DNA of 45,446 nucleotides, taken from the NCBI GenBank assembly GCA_964495755.1, contig CAZBXU010000004.1:1-45446 (forward strand), written 5' to 3'. The stretch is from an uncultured Spirochaetaceae bacterium. Lineage in GTDB: Bacteria > Spirochaetota > Spirochaetia > SZUA-6 > DRHE01. Below are positions 7,847 to 16,775 of this stretch, in pieces. Made by a program: the position numbers and the translations under genes. The notes under the pieces are model-generated. The model saw only the letters and a program-made list of their open reading frames with translations. It had not been told where the DNA came from and did no database searches. Position 1 is the first letter of the stretch. The number at the start of each line of letters is the position of its first letter.

Positions 7847-7876
7847 AATATAATAATTGGTTACGAAATTAGTCAA
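7847..7876 (-). promoter_or_regulatory. sigma70-type promoter for the candidate sRNA
   Basis: TTGACT (7876-7871) -18- TATATT (7852-7847). Confidence 0.6.
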
Positions 7877-7992
7877 GAACTATCCTCATCTTTGTGGAGT
7901 TTTCCGAATCGATTCTTGACTTTCCAGACCGATTTCGGTACAGAGAGAAGTAGCGCGAAAGCATCGCAAAACTTTTAAGCAAGGAGACGACC

Positions 7993-8493
7993 TTGGCGGA
8001 AAAAAAAGAAATCGAGGCACTGAAAACGGCTCTATTACTGGAGAAGCAGGGAAAAATGTTCTACCAGCGGGTCGCCCAAGATACGGAGAGCCGAGCCGTA
8101 ACCAGTCTGTTCGAGATCATGGCCGAAGAGGAAGCCAAGCATATAGAGTACCTATCCAAACAGTTCGCCCACTACTCCTCCGTTGGCGCCTTCCTGGAAC
8201 AAGAACCGGAGGAAGCCGCCCAGTCTGCGGTGCGGGAGATTCTGTCCAAAGAGATTCGCCAACAGATAACCGCTGCCAGCTATGAAGCGGCGGCCATCTC
8301 CGCGGCTATCGAGATGGAGAATCGGGCCGTTCAAATCTACTCAGACAGGGCCGATGCCAGCAATGACGGCAAAGAAAAGCATCTCTACAGCTGGTTGGCA
8401 CAATGGGAGAAGGAGCATCTCAAATTTCTCGCAGAGATCAATGACGAGCTGGTCGAGGAGGTCTGGTACGAGAGCAATTTCTGGCCCTTCTGA
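7993..8493 (+). CDS. ferritin-like / rubrerythrin-family di-iron protein (no rubredoxin domain)
   Basis: ALLLE...FY...EEEAKH and AIEME...IY...WEKEH paired ExxH motifs; AAGGAG RBS before TTG start. Confidence 0.9.
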   Translation: MAEKKEIEALKTALLLEKQGKMFYQRVAQDTESRAVTSLFEIMAEEEAKHIEYLSKQFAHYSSVGAFLEQEPEEAAQSAVREILSKEIRQQITAASYEAAAISAAIEMENRAVQIYSDRADASNDGKEKHLYSWLAQWEKEHLKFLAEINDELVEEVWYESNFWPF

Positions 8494-8496
8494 TTT

Positions 8497-9987
8497 GTGA
8501 TCCCTAAAAACTCCGATCTAACCATCGAAAATCTGTGTTTCTCCTACCCGGAATACCCGGGGCTACCCACACGGCGCCTGTTCAAAGGTCTCGATCTCCA
8601 GATAGCGGAGACGGGCATCGCTCTGTTGCTTGCCCGGCCGGATCAGGGCAAGACCACCCTCTGCAGAACCCTTGGAGGTCTGGTCCCGCGATTCTCGGGA
8701 GGGTCGGTGGACGGGCGGGTCCAACTTGGGGGCTTACAGCTGCTGGAGCACCAACCCTTTGACCTCCTCGAACAGGTGGGGCTCGTTTTCCAGCACCCGG
8801 GGGAACAGCTGTTTCTCTCCCGCTGCGACTCGGAGATCGCCTTCGCCCTTGAGTCCCTAGGCATTTCCCGCTCTGAGATAGAAGCCAGACTGGAAGACGC
8901 TCTACGGGCGATGGACCTGGAGCGCTACCGGAAAGAGTCTCCGAAAAATCTCTCCGGCGGCGAGAAAAAGAAGCTTCTTGTTGCCTGCCTGATTGCGGTC
9001 AATCCGCAGCTCTGGCTGCTCGATGAGACTCTGGAGGAGCTGGACAGCGACACGAAGACCGGTCTCCTTCGGCTGCTCAAAGAGCGGCAGCGCACCACCC
9101 TGATTCTCTCTGCGAAATGGCACGAGCTGTTTCGGGAGTATGTGGACCAGGTTTTCCTCATGGAGGACGGAAAGATTCAGAGAATCCAAGAAACATTCGG
9201 AAGCCGGGAATTTCACGACCTGCTCCTGCGACGGGGATTTATCCTGCCCACAGAAGGGCTGCGGGCTCGGGGAGGAAAGCCGCGCTCGAGCAGCCCGCAG
9301 CCTCCGTCTGTCCAAGCCCGAGAGGGCGACCCGCTGCTGGAGGCGACTGATCTGTTCTTCGAGTACGAACCGGGAGGCGGCCGGCAGGGATCAACCTTCT
9401 CCCTCCAGATCGAGAGCCTGAAACTCCAGGCGGGACGGACCCTGGCCCTGGTGGGGAACAACGGTTCGGGGAAATCGACATTGGGGCGGATCCTCTGTGG
9501 TCTTCTCACACCCAGGAGAGGGGCAATCAAGATACGTAAGAACGGGATACTGCAGGCTGCGGTTGGGGATAACCTGAATCGCTTTACCGGGTATCTGTTC
9601 CAGGACCCGGATCTGCAAATTTTCCTATCCACTGTTTTCGAAGAGTTGGCCCTGGGATTGAAGCATCTGCACCTCGAGGCGAAGGAGATCAGCAGAAGGG
9701 TAGAAGAGGCCATATCCCTGTTCAACCTTCCCGTGACCGATTCCCCTCCTTCCCTGATGAGTTACGGCGCCCGAAAGCAGCTGCAGGCCGGGGTGTACTA
9801 CCTTTTAGACAGGCCTTTGATGATCATCGACGAGGGTGATTCCGGTCTGGGGGTCAACGATTTCGCCGAGATGGTCCGGGTTTTTCAGAATCCCGGGAGA
9901 GCTCTACTGTTCATTACCCACGATCATCGATTGGCTCAGGGCTTGGCCGATGAGATGTTGGAACTAAAAAACGGGAGGCTGCTTTGA
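8497..9987 (+). CDS. ECF transporter fused double ATPase (EcfA-A')
   Basis: two ABC domains (VFQHP..Q, LSGGEKK, LLDE; GNNGSGKST, LFQDPDLQ, IIDE, ITHD); adjacent to EcfT and an S component. Confidence 0.88.
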   Translation: MIPKNSDLTIENLCFSYPEYPGLPTRRLFKGLDLQIAETGIALLLARPDQGKTTLCRTLGGLVPRFSGGSVDGRVQLGGLQLLEHQPFDLLEQVGLVFQHPGEQLFLSRCDSEIAFALESLGISRSEIEARLEDALRAMDLERYRKESPKNLSGGEKKKLLVACLIAVNPQLWLLDETLEELDSDTKTGLLRLLKERQRTTLILSAKWHELFREYVDQVFLMEDGKIQRIQETFGSREFHDLLLRRGFILPTEGLRARGGKPRSSSPQPPSVQAREGDPLLEATDLFFEYEPGGGRQGSTFSLQIESLKLQAGRTLALVGNNGSGKSTLGRILCGLLTPRRGAIKIRKNGILQAAVGDNLNRFTGYLFQDPDLQIFLSTVFEELALGLKHLHLEAKEISRRVEEAISLFNLPVTDSPPSLMSYGARKQLQAGVYYLLDRPLMIIDEGDSGLGVNDFAEMVRVFQNPGRALLFITHDHRLAQGLADEMLELKNGRLL

Positions 9988-10790
9988 TCGCCCCGGTCTA
10001 CGGCAAACGGGGACAGTCGGCGGTCCACCGTTTTGACCCACGGGGCAAGATCGTCCTGCTGGTGGTCTTCCTGATTACCTTCTTCCTTCCCCTCAGGATC
10101 GAACATCTCGGCATAAACCTCGCGGTCGTAGCAGCCCTTACCGTGATTTTTCTCGGCATCGGAAATGCTCTGCGTCCGCTTCGTTTGATCCTGCCGATCC
10201 TGATTCTCGTACTGGTACTGACACCCCCTTTCCACAGGGAGGGTCCCGTGCTGTTCTCTATACGGAGCGTCCCCATTCTCACCGTATTCGGATTGTTGGA
10301 AGCCCTCCGGCTGATCGTCCGCTTCACCGGCATCACTTTGATCTTCTACCTGTTCATGGGTACCACGGATCCGGATTCCCTGGCCCTGGCCTTCCGCTGG
10401 TTCCGTCTTCCTTTTGCCATTTCCATGGTTCTGAGCATCGCCCTGGAGTACATCCCGACGATCCGGAGGATCTACAACCAGGTCCGAGACGCCCATCGTC
10501 TGCGCCTGGCCGGCGAGACGGGGGAGGCGCAGAGGGCACCAAGGGCCGGCCGTGACCGTGGGAAGGTACACCGGCTTGCCGAGACCATTCCCATCCTTAC
10601 CTCGGTACTGATTCTGTCTGTTCGCCGCATACCCACCCTGGCCATGGCTCTCGAATGCCGAGGGGTGGGCCGGAAAAACCGCCGCAGCTCCTTCCGCAGT
10701 TTAAAAACCGGTGCTTCGATGATCCGCGACGGGATAATTACAGCCCTGATAACGGCGACGGTCGTGGTGTCCCTCGTGCTATTCCCCTAA
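9984..10790 (+). CDS. ecfT: ECF transporter transmembrane T component
   Basis: HRFDPRGK N-motif, AHRLRL and ALECRG coupling-helix motifs; 4-nt overlap with ATPase. Confidence 0.9.
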   Translation: MIAPVYGKRGQSAVHRFDPRGKIVLLVVFLITFFLPLRIEHLGINLAVVAALTVIFLGIGNALRPLRLILPILILVLVLTPPFHREGPVLFSIRSVPILTVFGLLEALRLIVRFTGITLIFYLFMGTTDPDSLALAFRWFRLPFAISMVLSIALEYIPTIRRIYNQVRDAHRLRLAGETGEAQRAPRAGRDRGKVHRLAETIPILTSVLILSVRRIPTLAMALECRGVGRKNRRSSFRSLKTGASMIRDGIITALITATVVVSLVLFP

Positions 10791-10818
10791 TCGGGGATAT
10801 CGATTATAATTTCATAAT

Positions 10819-11373
10819 ATGAACGAAGAAAAAGGAAGATCTCGGATTCCAGGAAGTCCCGCCTTCCGCATCAGTTCCCTGGCGATTTTGACCGCTGTCA
10901 CCGCGGTGTTCACCTACATGGTACGGATTCCCATCGCTCCTACCAGAGGATATCTCAACCTGGGAGATGTGGCCATCTACTTCACCGCTTTCACCTTCGG
11001 TCCGGTCAGCGCTTTGATCGCCGGTGGAGTGGGCACGGCCCTTGCGGATATCATCTCAGGTTATTCCCAGTGGGCGCCGATTTCCCTGCTCGTTCACGGC
11101 CTGCAGGGGTTGGTAGCCGGATTGATCGCCTCGATCGCCTGGAGAGGGAAGCGGGGGACATTCAGCCTTTTCTGGCTTGTTGCCGCCGTCGCGGGTACCG
11201 TAGTGATGTGCGCCGGATACCTGGCAGCCGGAACTTTGATGGTGGGTTTCAGCGCAGCCCTGGTGGAACTGCCTGGAAACCTGCTGCAGAACCTCGCCGG
11301 GGTTGTTGGGGCGATACCACTGACAATCGCGGTACGCAAAGCCTATCCTCCGGTTACGGAGCTGCGCTGGTAA
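10819..11373 (+). CDS. ECF transporter substrate-specific S component (HmpT/PdxU-like group)
   Basis: IPIAPTRGYLNLGD...GGVGTALADIISGY..WAP..L.VHGLQG; ~5-6 TM segments. Confidence 0.88.
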   Translation: MNEEKGRSRIPGSPAFRISSLAILTAVTAVFTYMVRIPIAPTRGYLNLGDVAIYFTAFTFGPVSALIAGGVGTALADIISGYSQWAPISLLVHGLQGLVAGLIASIAWRGKRGTFSLFWLVAAVAGTVVMCAGYLAAGTLMVGFSAALVELPGNLLQNLAGVVGAIPLTIAVRKAYPPVTELRW

Positions 11374-11392
11374 CTTTAGCGGCGCTCGGGAT

Positions 11393-12100
11393 ATGAACAT
11401 AGACCTCGAAGTTTTTACAGACAATCTCCTGTCCGTCCGTAAACGGATGGCTGAAGCCGCCCGGCGTGCCGGCCGCAATGCGGCGGATATTCGGCTCCTT
11501 GCAGTCACCAAGACATTGCCCAGCTCATATATCGATGTAGCCCGCGCTGCGGGGTTGACCCTGTTCGGGGAAAATAGGGTGCAGGAAGCCCAGAGCAAAT
11601 ACCAGTCCCTGGCCGGCTCCGGGATCGAGCTGCACCTGATCGGCCATCTGCAGCGAAATAAGGCCAAGATCGCCGCTTCGTTGTTCCAATGTGTTCAGTC
11701 GATCGACAAACTGCAGACCGCCGAAGCTCTCAACAGGCACTGCTCTGAGCTGGACGGCAAGATGGACATCCTCCTGGAATTCAACACCTCCGGAGAGGAT
11801 ACGAAATTCGGATTCGTCGAAGAGAAGCGCCTCGGGGAGGCCTGCGAGAACATAACCAAGCTGGATCATCTACGCGTACGCGGGTTGATGACCGTGGGTC
11901 CGTTCACAACGGACCAAGATCGAGTTCGCAGGGCCTTTGCGCGGCTGCAGAAGATGCACCAAAGTCTTCAGGACCGGTACCCGGAGCTTTCTCTGGACAC
12001 TCTCTCTATGGGGATGTCGTCGGATTTCGAAGTTGCTATCGAAGAAGGGGCGAATTTGATTCGTCTCGGTACGGTCCTGTTCGGTAGCAGACATGGGTAG
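11393..12100 (+). CDS. yggS: PLP homeostasis protein (YggS/PLPBP)
   Basis: LLAVTK, FGENRVQE, HLIGHLQRNK, GLMT, LSMGMSSDFEVAIEEGANLIRLGTVLFG. Confidence 0.96.
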   Translation: MNIDLEVFTDNLLSVRKRMAEAARRAGRNAADIRLLAVTKTLPSSYIDVARAAGLTLFGENRVQEAQSKYQSLAGSGIELHLIGHLQRNKAKIAASLFQCVQSIDKLQTAEALNRHCSELDGKMDILLEFNTSGEDTKFGFVEEKRLGEACENITKLDHLRVRGLMTVGPFTTDQDRVRRAFARLQKMHQSLQDRYPELSLDTLSMGMSSDFEVAIEEGANLIRLGTVLFGSRHG

Positions 12101-12509
12101 GAAGCCCGCCCTGGTTCTGATCGCTCTTGCCGTGTTGGCAGGTACTGTTCATTCCCAACAACAAACCGGCGTCGGCTCAGACACGGATCCTGAAGGCTAC
12201 AGCGAGAAGGAGTTCGCCCCCTTTCTTAGGGATCTACGGCGGGCTGAGATCGTGATGCTCGGCACCTTTCCCATAACCCTCTTTCTGTCTTTGGAGGCCT
12301 ATGACGTCTACCGATTCGCCGCCAGCGGGGGAGCTCCCGAATACGCTCCCTGGCCTTTCCGTCCGCCCGGCGCGGTGGGCTACACGGGGAAAGAGAATCT
12401 GGGGGTGATCCTTTCGGCCCTGTCTACTTCGGTGTTGATCGCCGCGGCGGATTACATCGTCGGTCGGGTCAAGGCAAAAAGAGAGCTCGAGCAGCAGCGT
12501 AGCGACTGA
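12093..12509 (+). CDS. hypothetical exported membrane protein
   Basis: signal peptide plus two hydrophobic segments; overlaps yggS stop. Confidence 0.75.
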   Translation: MGRKPALVLIALAVLAGTVHSQQQTGVGSDTDPEGYSEKEFAPFLRDLRRAEIVMLGTFPITLFLSLEAYDVYRFAASGGAPEYAPWPFRPPGAVGYTGKENLGVILSALSTSVLIAAADYIVGRVKAKRELEQQRSD

Positions 12510-12520
12510 GGAAGGGCGGG

Positions 12521-13456
12521 GTGGATCCGGAGCCGACGGTCATCGAGATAGAGATTCCCGGCGACATCCCTCTAGACACCCGCATCGACACCTACATAGC
12601 GGATTTTCTCAAGCTGTTTTCCCGCAGCCAGGTCAAGCGACGGGTAACCGGACTGCGCGTCAACACCAAGAGCGTGAAGACCAGCAAGCATCTGCTGCCG
12701 GGGGACCGCTTGGAGATCACCTACACGGCGGCCCCTGAGATGAACATTGAAGCGCAAACCATCGACCTGAGTATACTCTACGAGGACGGCAACGTCCTGG
12801 TTGTTGACAAGCCTCAAGGCATGGTGGTACACCCGGCCGGCGGCAACTGGTCGGGGACCCTGGCAAACGCGATCCTCGGGCATTCCGGGGGAATTCGAAA
12901 CAACTTTCCATCCGGTGAGCTCAGACCGGGTATTGTACACCGGCTGGACAAGGACACCTCCGGAGTCATTATCACCGCTAAGAATGCCGAGACGCAGGAG
13001 TTTCTGTCGGAACAGTTCCGGCGACGCACCGTAAGCAAGAGATATCTGGCCGTCGTGCAGGGGAGACTTCCCGCCGGCCATGGACGAATAGATACCTGGA
13101 TGGCCCGGGATCCCCACCACCGCAAGCGCTTTACCTGTCTTGTGCCGGGCTCTGCAGGCTCCCAGGGTAAAAGGGCGATTACCTTCTACCGGGAGATAGA
13201 GATGGTCGGCGACTGCACCCTGGTTTCCCTACGGCCACGCACGGGTAGAACTCATCAGCTTAGAGTGCATATGGCCCATCTCGGTTGCCCGGTGCTCGGC
13301 GACAGGCTGTACGGTTGGAAAGCCAGGGGGAAAGTGATTCAAACCTTGATGCTCCACGCCCACCGCCTAAGGATAACCCTTCCCGGCGAGCAGCAGCCCC
13401 GAATGTTTCAGGCGCCTATCCCGAAGCGGTTTACCGAGTATTGCTCTTCGACTTAA
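12521..13456 (+). CDS. rluD: RluA-family 23S rRNA pseudouridine synthase (RluD-like, S4 domain)
   Basis: VVDKPQGMVVHP, RPGIVHRLDKDTSG, TGRTHQLRVH, PVLGDRLYG, LHA. Confidence 0.92.
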   Translation: MDPEPTVIEIEIPGDIPLDTRIDTYIADFLKLFSRSQVKRRVTGLRVNTKSVKTSKHLLPGDRLEITYTAAPEMNIEAQTIDLSILYEDGNVLVVDKPQGMVVHPAGGNWSGTLANAILGHSGGIRNNFPSGELRPGIVHRLDKDTSGVIITAKNAETQEFLSEQFRRRTVSKRYLAVVQGRLPAGHGRIDTWMARDPHHRKRFTCLVPGSAGSQGKRAITFYREIEMVGDCTLVSLRPRTGRTHQLRVHMAHLGCPVLGDRLYGWKARGKVIQTLMLHAHRLRITLPGEQQPRMFQAPIPKRFTEYCSST

Positions 13457-14022
13457 GTTTTTTCCTTCAGGTAGGGGTTGAAGCGCCTCTCGATCTCCAA
13501 TCGAGTCGGCGGTCCGTGGCCGGGGAAAATAAGTACGTCTTGTTTCAGGTTCAGGATCTTCTTGCGGATCGAGGACAGTAGAAGCGCCCGTTCATACCCG
13601 GTGGCCGTTTGACCAACGGAGCCTGCCGACAGAGAATCTCCCGTAAACAGAAGTCCGTCGATTAGAAAACAGACCGAATCGTTTGAATGTCCCGGAGTTT
13701 CCAGGACTCTGAAAGAAAACTCTCCGCAGGTTACAGGCTGGTTTTCTCCTATTCGATGAACCGACGCGTCCAGTCTCTCAGGATCAAAGCAGAAGATGGT
13801 TGCGTCGTATATTTTCTGTAAAGTCTGCAAACCGTTTACGTGACCGTGGTGTACATGGGTGATCAGAACGTAGCGGAGGTAGAGCTGATTGTCCTCGATC
13901 AGCTTGAGCAAACCTTCATCGAACACTCCCGGATCGATCAATACGGCATCGCCGGGTCCGTCGGAACCGATCAGGTAGCAGTTGGAGAAGTTAAGGACTG
14001 AGAAATAGCTGAAGAACCTCAT
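13453..14022 (-). CDS. metallo-beta-lactamase-fold hydrolase (glyoxalase II-like)
   Basis: LIDPG, THVHHGH, TPGHS, FTGD, FPGHG. Confidence 0.88.
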   Translation of the reverse strand: MRFFSYFSVLNFSNCYLIGSDGPGDAVLIDPGVFDEGLLKLIEDNQLYLRYVLITHVHHGHVNGLQTLQKIYDATIFCFDPERLDASVHRIGENQPVTCGEFSFRVLETPGHSNDSVCFLIDGLLFTGDSLSAGSVGQTATGYERALLLSSIRKKILNLKQDVLIFPGHGPPTRLEIERRFNPYLKEKT

Positions 14023-14618
14023 AGCTCTTTGACCTTGGTCCCGAACAAGGCGTCCCCCGTGTTGGAGTAGCGAAAATCCGCTTCAGAGATCTGCGCATGT
14101 TCGAAGCGGACCTGCTTGAGATTGCAGTCCTGAAAGCCGACTCTGCACAGCTGCGAAGCGATGAAACGACTGGCATAAAGGTCGGATTCGTTGAACAGGG
14201 TTTCCCGGCAGCGCACTCCGCAGAAGTTGCAGTGTAGAATGTCGGATCCGCTAAAATCGCAGGCCTCGATTTCGGAACCCGCAAACACCGCGTTGTGAAT
14301 ATTGCTAGCGAGGAAAGAGCAGTTGCTGATCCTCGCAAAATCAACAAAGAGAAGCCGGATACGGGTGTTGTTCAGATTGACTCTTTGAATGGCGGCATGG
14401 GATAGGATGCATCTGTTGATATTCTTACCGCTCAGATCGAGTTCCGAAAGCTCGATGAACGACAGGTTCATATCCGCAAGCGTATCGGTCTGCGCGATCA
14501 GCTGCCTGAGCTCTTGTTCGTAGCGAGCCGGGTCGGCGATATGAGAAAAACAGGTACGCTTTCGATGGACCGCCCAATGGCCGCATCCAGCAACGCTGCA
14601 GGTCTGGAGCGAGAACAT
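14019..14618 (-). CDS. pentapeptide repeat protein with N-terminal Cys/His motif
   Basis: repeats such as SNCSF/LASNI/HNAVF/AGSEI/EACDF/SGSDI; N-terminus C-x4-C-x10-C-x2-H. Confidence 0.88.
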   Translation of the reverse strand: MFSLQTCSVAGCGHWAVHRKRTCFSHIADPARYEQELRQLIAQTDTLADMNLSFIELSELDLSGKNINRCILSHAAIQRVNLNNTRIRLLFVDFARISNCSFLASNIHNAVFAGSEIEACDFSGSDILHCNFCGVRCRETLFNESDLYASRFIASQLCRVGFQDCNLKQVRFEHAQISEADFRYSNTGDALFGTKVKEL

Positions 14619-14624
14619 GGTAGA

Positions 14625-14653
14625 AGCTTAGCGAAAATCTCATCCGGGCACAA
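14625..14653 (-). promoter_or_regulatory. sigma70-type promoter, leaderless geometry
   Basis: TTGTGC-17-TAAGCT, 6 nt before ATG 14618. Confidence 0.45.
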
Positions 14654-14723
14654 CCCGGACCTGTCGGCGAAATGGGTGCGGTCGTTGCACGTCGGCGGGT
14701 TTTGCGTGTACTATTGCCATATC

Positions 14724-15020
14724 ATGAGGGTTTGCTACTTCTGCGGCACAAAATTGGATGAAAAGCTGGAGGTGTACCGGTCCTCTACCTGTGAGTCCTG
14801 TGGAAAAGATCTGAAGATCTGTTACAACTGCCGGTTTCATAGCTTAGGTGCTCACATGGATTGCCTGGAATCTGTAGCGGAACCGGTCCGGGACAAAGAC
14901 AGAAGCAATTTCTGCGATTACTTTCGGTTCAAAGATTCTGCAGGAAAAGCCTCTTCAGGGGATCAAGGGAAAAGAGCGAAAGAGGGCTTCCAAAAGTTGT
15001 TCGGGAATGACCTGTTGTAA
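14724..15020 (+). CDS. small Cys-rich (putative zinc-binding) hypothetical protein
   Basis: CYFC...CESC..DL..CYNC...C.E....V.DK...NFCDYF. True start ATG 14724; the ORF-track extension overlaps the opposite-strand gene. TTGCAC-18-TACTAT lies upstream. Confidence 0.82.
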   Translation: MRVCYFCGTKLDEKLEVYRSSTCESCGKDLKICYNCRFHSLGAHMDCLESVAEPVRDKDRSNFCDYFRFKDSAGKASSGDQGKRAKEGFQKLFGNDLL

Positions 15021-15834
15021 ACCGCTTCTGTTCTACGATTCCGGCGCCGGTGGACTGCCCTATCTGGCTGCAGCCCGTGCTTGCCTGTCCGGTCCCAGCT
15101 CCCCTGCAGGTGGGTTTATCTATCTGGCCGATCAGAAGAATTTCCCTCTGGGAGAAAAACCGACCCGGATCATTCGAGAGGTGATTCTGGAGAGTATTTC
15201 CCTGGCTGTACGGCGTTTCGATCCCGAACTGATCGTGATCGCCTGCAACACCGCCTCGGTGGTCGCCTTGGAAGCGCTGCGAGCCCGTTTTTCCATCCCT
15301 TTCGTGGGGGTCGTCCCGGCGGTGAAACCCGCCGCCCTGTCTATGGAGGCGGGAAAGATTGCGGTCGTTGCCACCCGCCGAACCTCTGTCGGCCCATATC
15401 TTGAAAAGCTGATACGGGATTTTACCGAGGGCTGTGAAGTGATCAAGGTTCCCGTATCAAACCTGGTGGAATTTGCAGAGTACAGCTACCTCTTCGCCGA
15501 AGAGCGGGAACGGCTGGCCGTTGTGCAAAGAGAGCTGGCGCCGGTATTGGACGATCATTTACAAGCAGTGGTACTCGGCTGTACCCATTTCGTGCTTCTG
15601 GAAGAGGAGTTTCGGGCCGTTCTTCCGGATTCGGTTGCTCTGATCGATTCACGGGAGGGTGTGACCAAACGAATCGCAACACTCCTCGCCGGAGCGAGCG
15701 TCGCGGGCGGGGATTGCCCCCCTGCCGCGGAGTTGTATCTGCACGGCGGGCTGGGGGAGGAGAAGCGTTACCGGGCCTTTGCAGCACGATTTGACCTGCA
15801 CTACGGGGGCATCCTTGAGGGGGAAGACGGGTGA
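15007..15834 (+). CDS. murI: glutamate racemase
   Basis: YDSGAGGL, IACNTAS, GVVPAVKPA, VLGCTHF. Confidence 0.95.
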   Translation: MTCCKPLLFYDSGAGGLPYLAAARACLSGPSSPAGGFIYLADQKNFPLGEKPTRIIREVILESISLAVRRFDPELIVIACNTASVVALEALRARFSIPFVGVVPAVKPAALSMEAGKIAVVATRRTSVGPYLEKLIRDFTEGCEVIKVPVSNLVEFAEYSYLFAEERERLAVVQRELAPVLDDHLQAVVLGCTHFVLLEEEFRAVLPDSVALIDSREGVTKRIATLLAGASVAGGDCPPAAELYLHGGLGEEKRYRAFAARFDLHYGGILEGEDG

Positions 15835-16775
15835 AATCCGAGCCGCCGTTTGGCCAGGTGCTGTACGGCATCAATAACATTTATACCGTGGAGGTGGAGG
15901 GCAGGCTGCTTCAGTGCCGCATCAAAGGCAAAGTATTGAAGACCGAAAACAGCGTGTACAACCCGATCGCCGCGGGAGATTTCGTGACCCTCCAGGAGGA
16001 TCCCCTTTCCATGGATGTGGCCTGGATCGTCGAACGCCGGCCCCGCACCAGCTCTCTGATTCGCTGGAACAAGAAACGCAATGCCGTTCAGGTTCTGGCG
16101 GCCAATGCCGACGTGTTGGTCTGCGTCAGCTCGACCCAATCACCGCCGTTTCGACCCCGATTCATCGACAGGGTGCTCGTCAGCTCCAATCGCCTGCACC
16201 CGATGATCGTCATCAACAAATCGGACTTGAAGATGAACCCGGCGGCCAAGGATCGAATACAGAACTACAAAAAAATCGGGTATCGGGTCGTACTGACCTC
16301 CGCCCTCAGCGGCAGAGGAGTCTCGGAATTGCGCCGGCGGATTCGGGGCCGGACTGCTGTTTTCTTCGGACAATCCGGAGTAGGAAAGTCGACCCTGCTC
16401 AACAAGATGTTTCCGGATCTGGATCTGGCCATCGGGAAGATCTCGGCCAAGTACGACCGGGGCACACACACGACGAGTAATGCCGGTCTGATCGTCACCA
16501 AAGACGGGTACCGGATTATCGATACTCCCGGCATCCGGGAACTGGAGATCGCCGGGGTGGAACCTCGGGATCTTGCCTTCTACTTCCCCGAGTTCGTAGC
16601 GGTAGCGGAAAATTGCTCCTATCCCAGCTGCAGACACGTGGACGAACCGGGGTGCACAGTGCGACTGGCTGTGGAACGCGGAGATATCCACCCCGACCGC
16701 TATGAAAGCTATCTGAGGATCTACGACGATGTCGAAGCCTTCACCAATGCCTTCCATGGATCTCCATACTCTTAA
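15831..16775 (+). CDS. rsgA: ribosome small subunit-dependent GTPase A
   Basis: NKSD, GQSGVGKST, RGTHTT, DTPG, C-x4-C-x-H-x5-C zinc site. Confidence 0.96.
   Translation: MKSEPPFGQVLYGINNIYTVEVEGRLLQCRIKGKVLKTENSVYNPIAAGDFVTLQEDPLSMDVAWIVERRPRTSSLIRWNKKRNAVQVLAANADVLVCVSSTQSPPFRPRFIDRVLVSSNRLHPMIVINKSDLKMNPAAKDRIQNYKKIGYRVVLTSALSGRGVSELRRRIRGRTAVFFGQSGVGKSTLLNKMFPDLDLAIGKISAKYDRGTHTTSNAGLIVTKDGYRIIDTPGIRELEIAGVEPRDLAFYFPEFVAVAENCSYPSCRHVDEPGCTVRLAVERGDIHPDRYESYLRIYDDVEAFTNAFHGSPYS

Noticed and set aside
7826-7847. Strong + strand SD (AAGGAGG) followed by TTG TCT AAC TAA
   Set aside because: Three-codon ORF with too-short SD spacing; better explained as the complement of the sRNA seed
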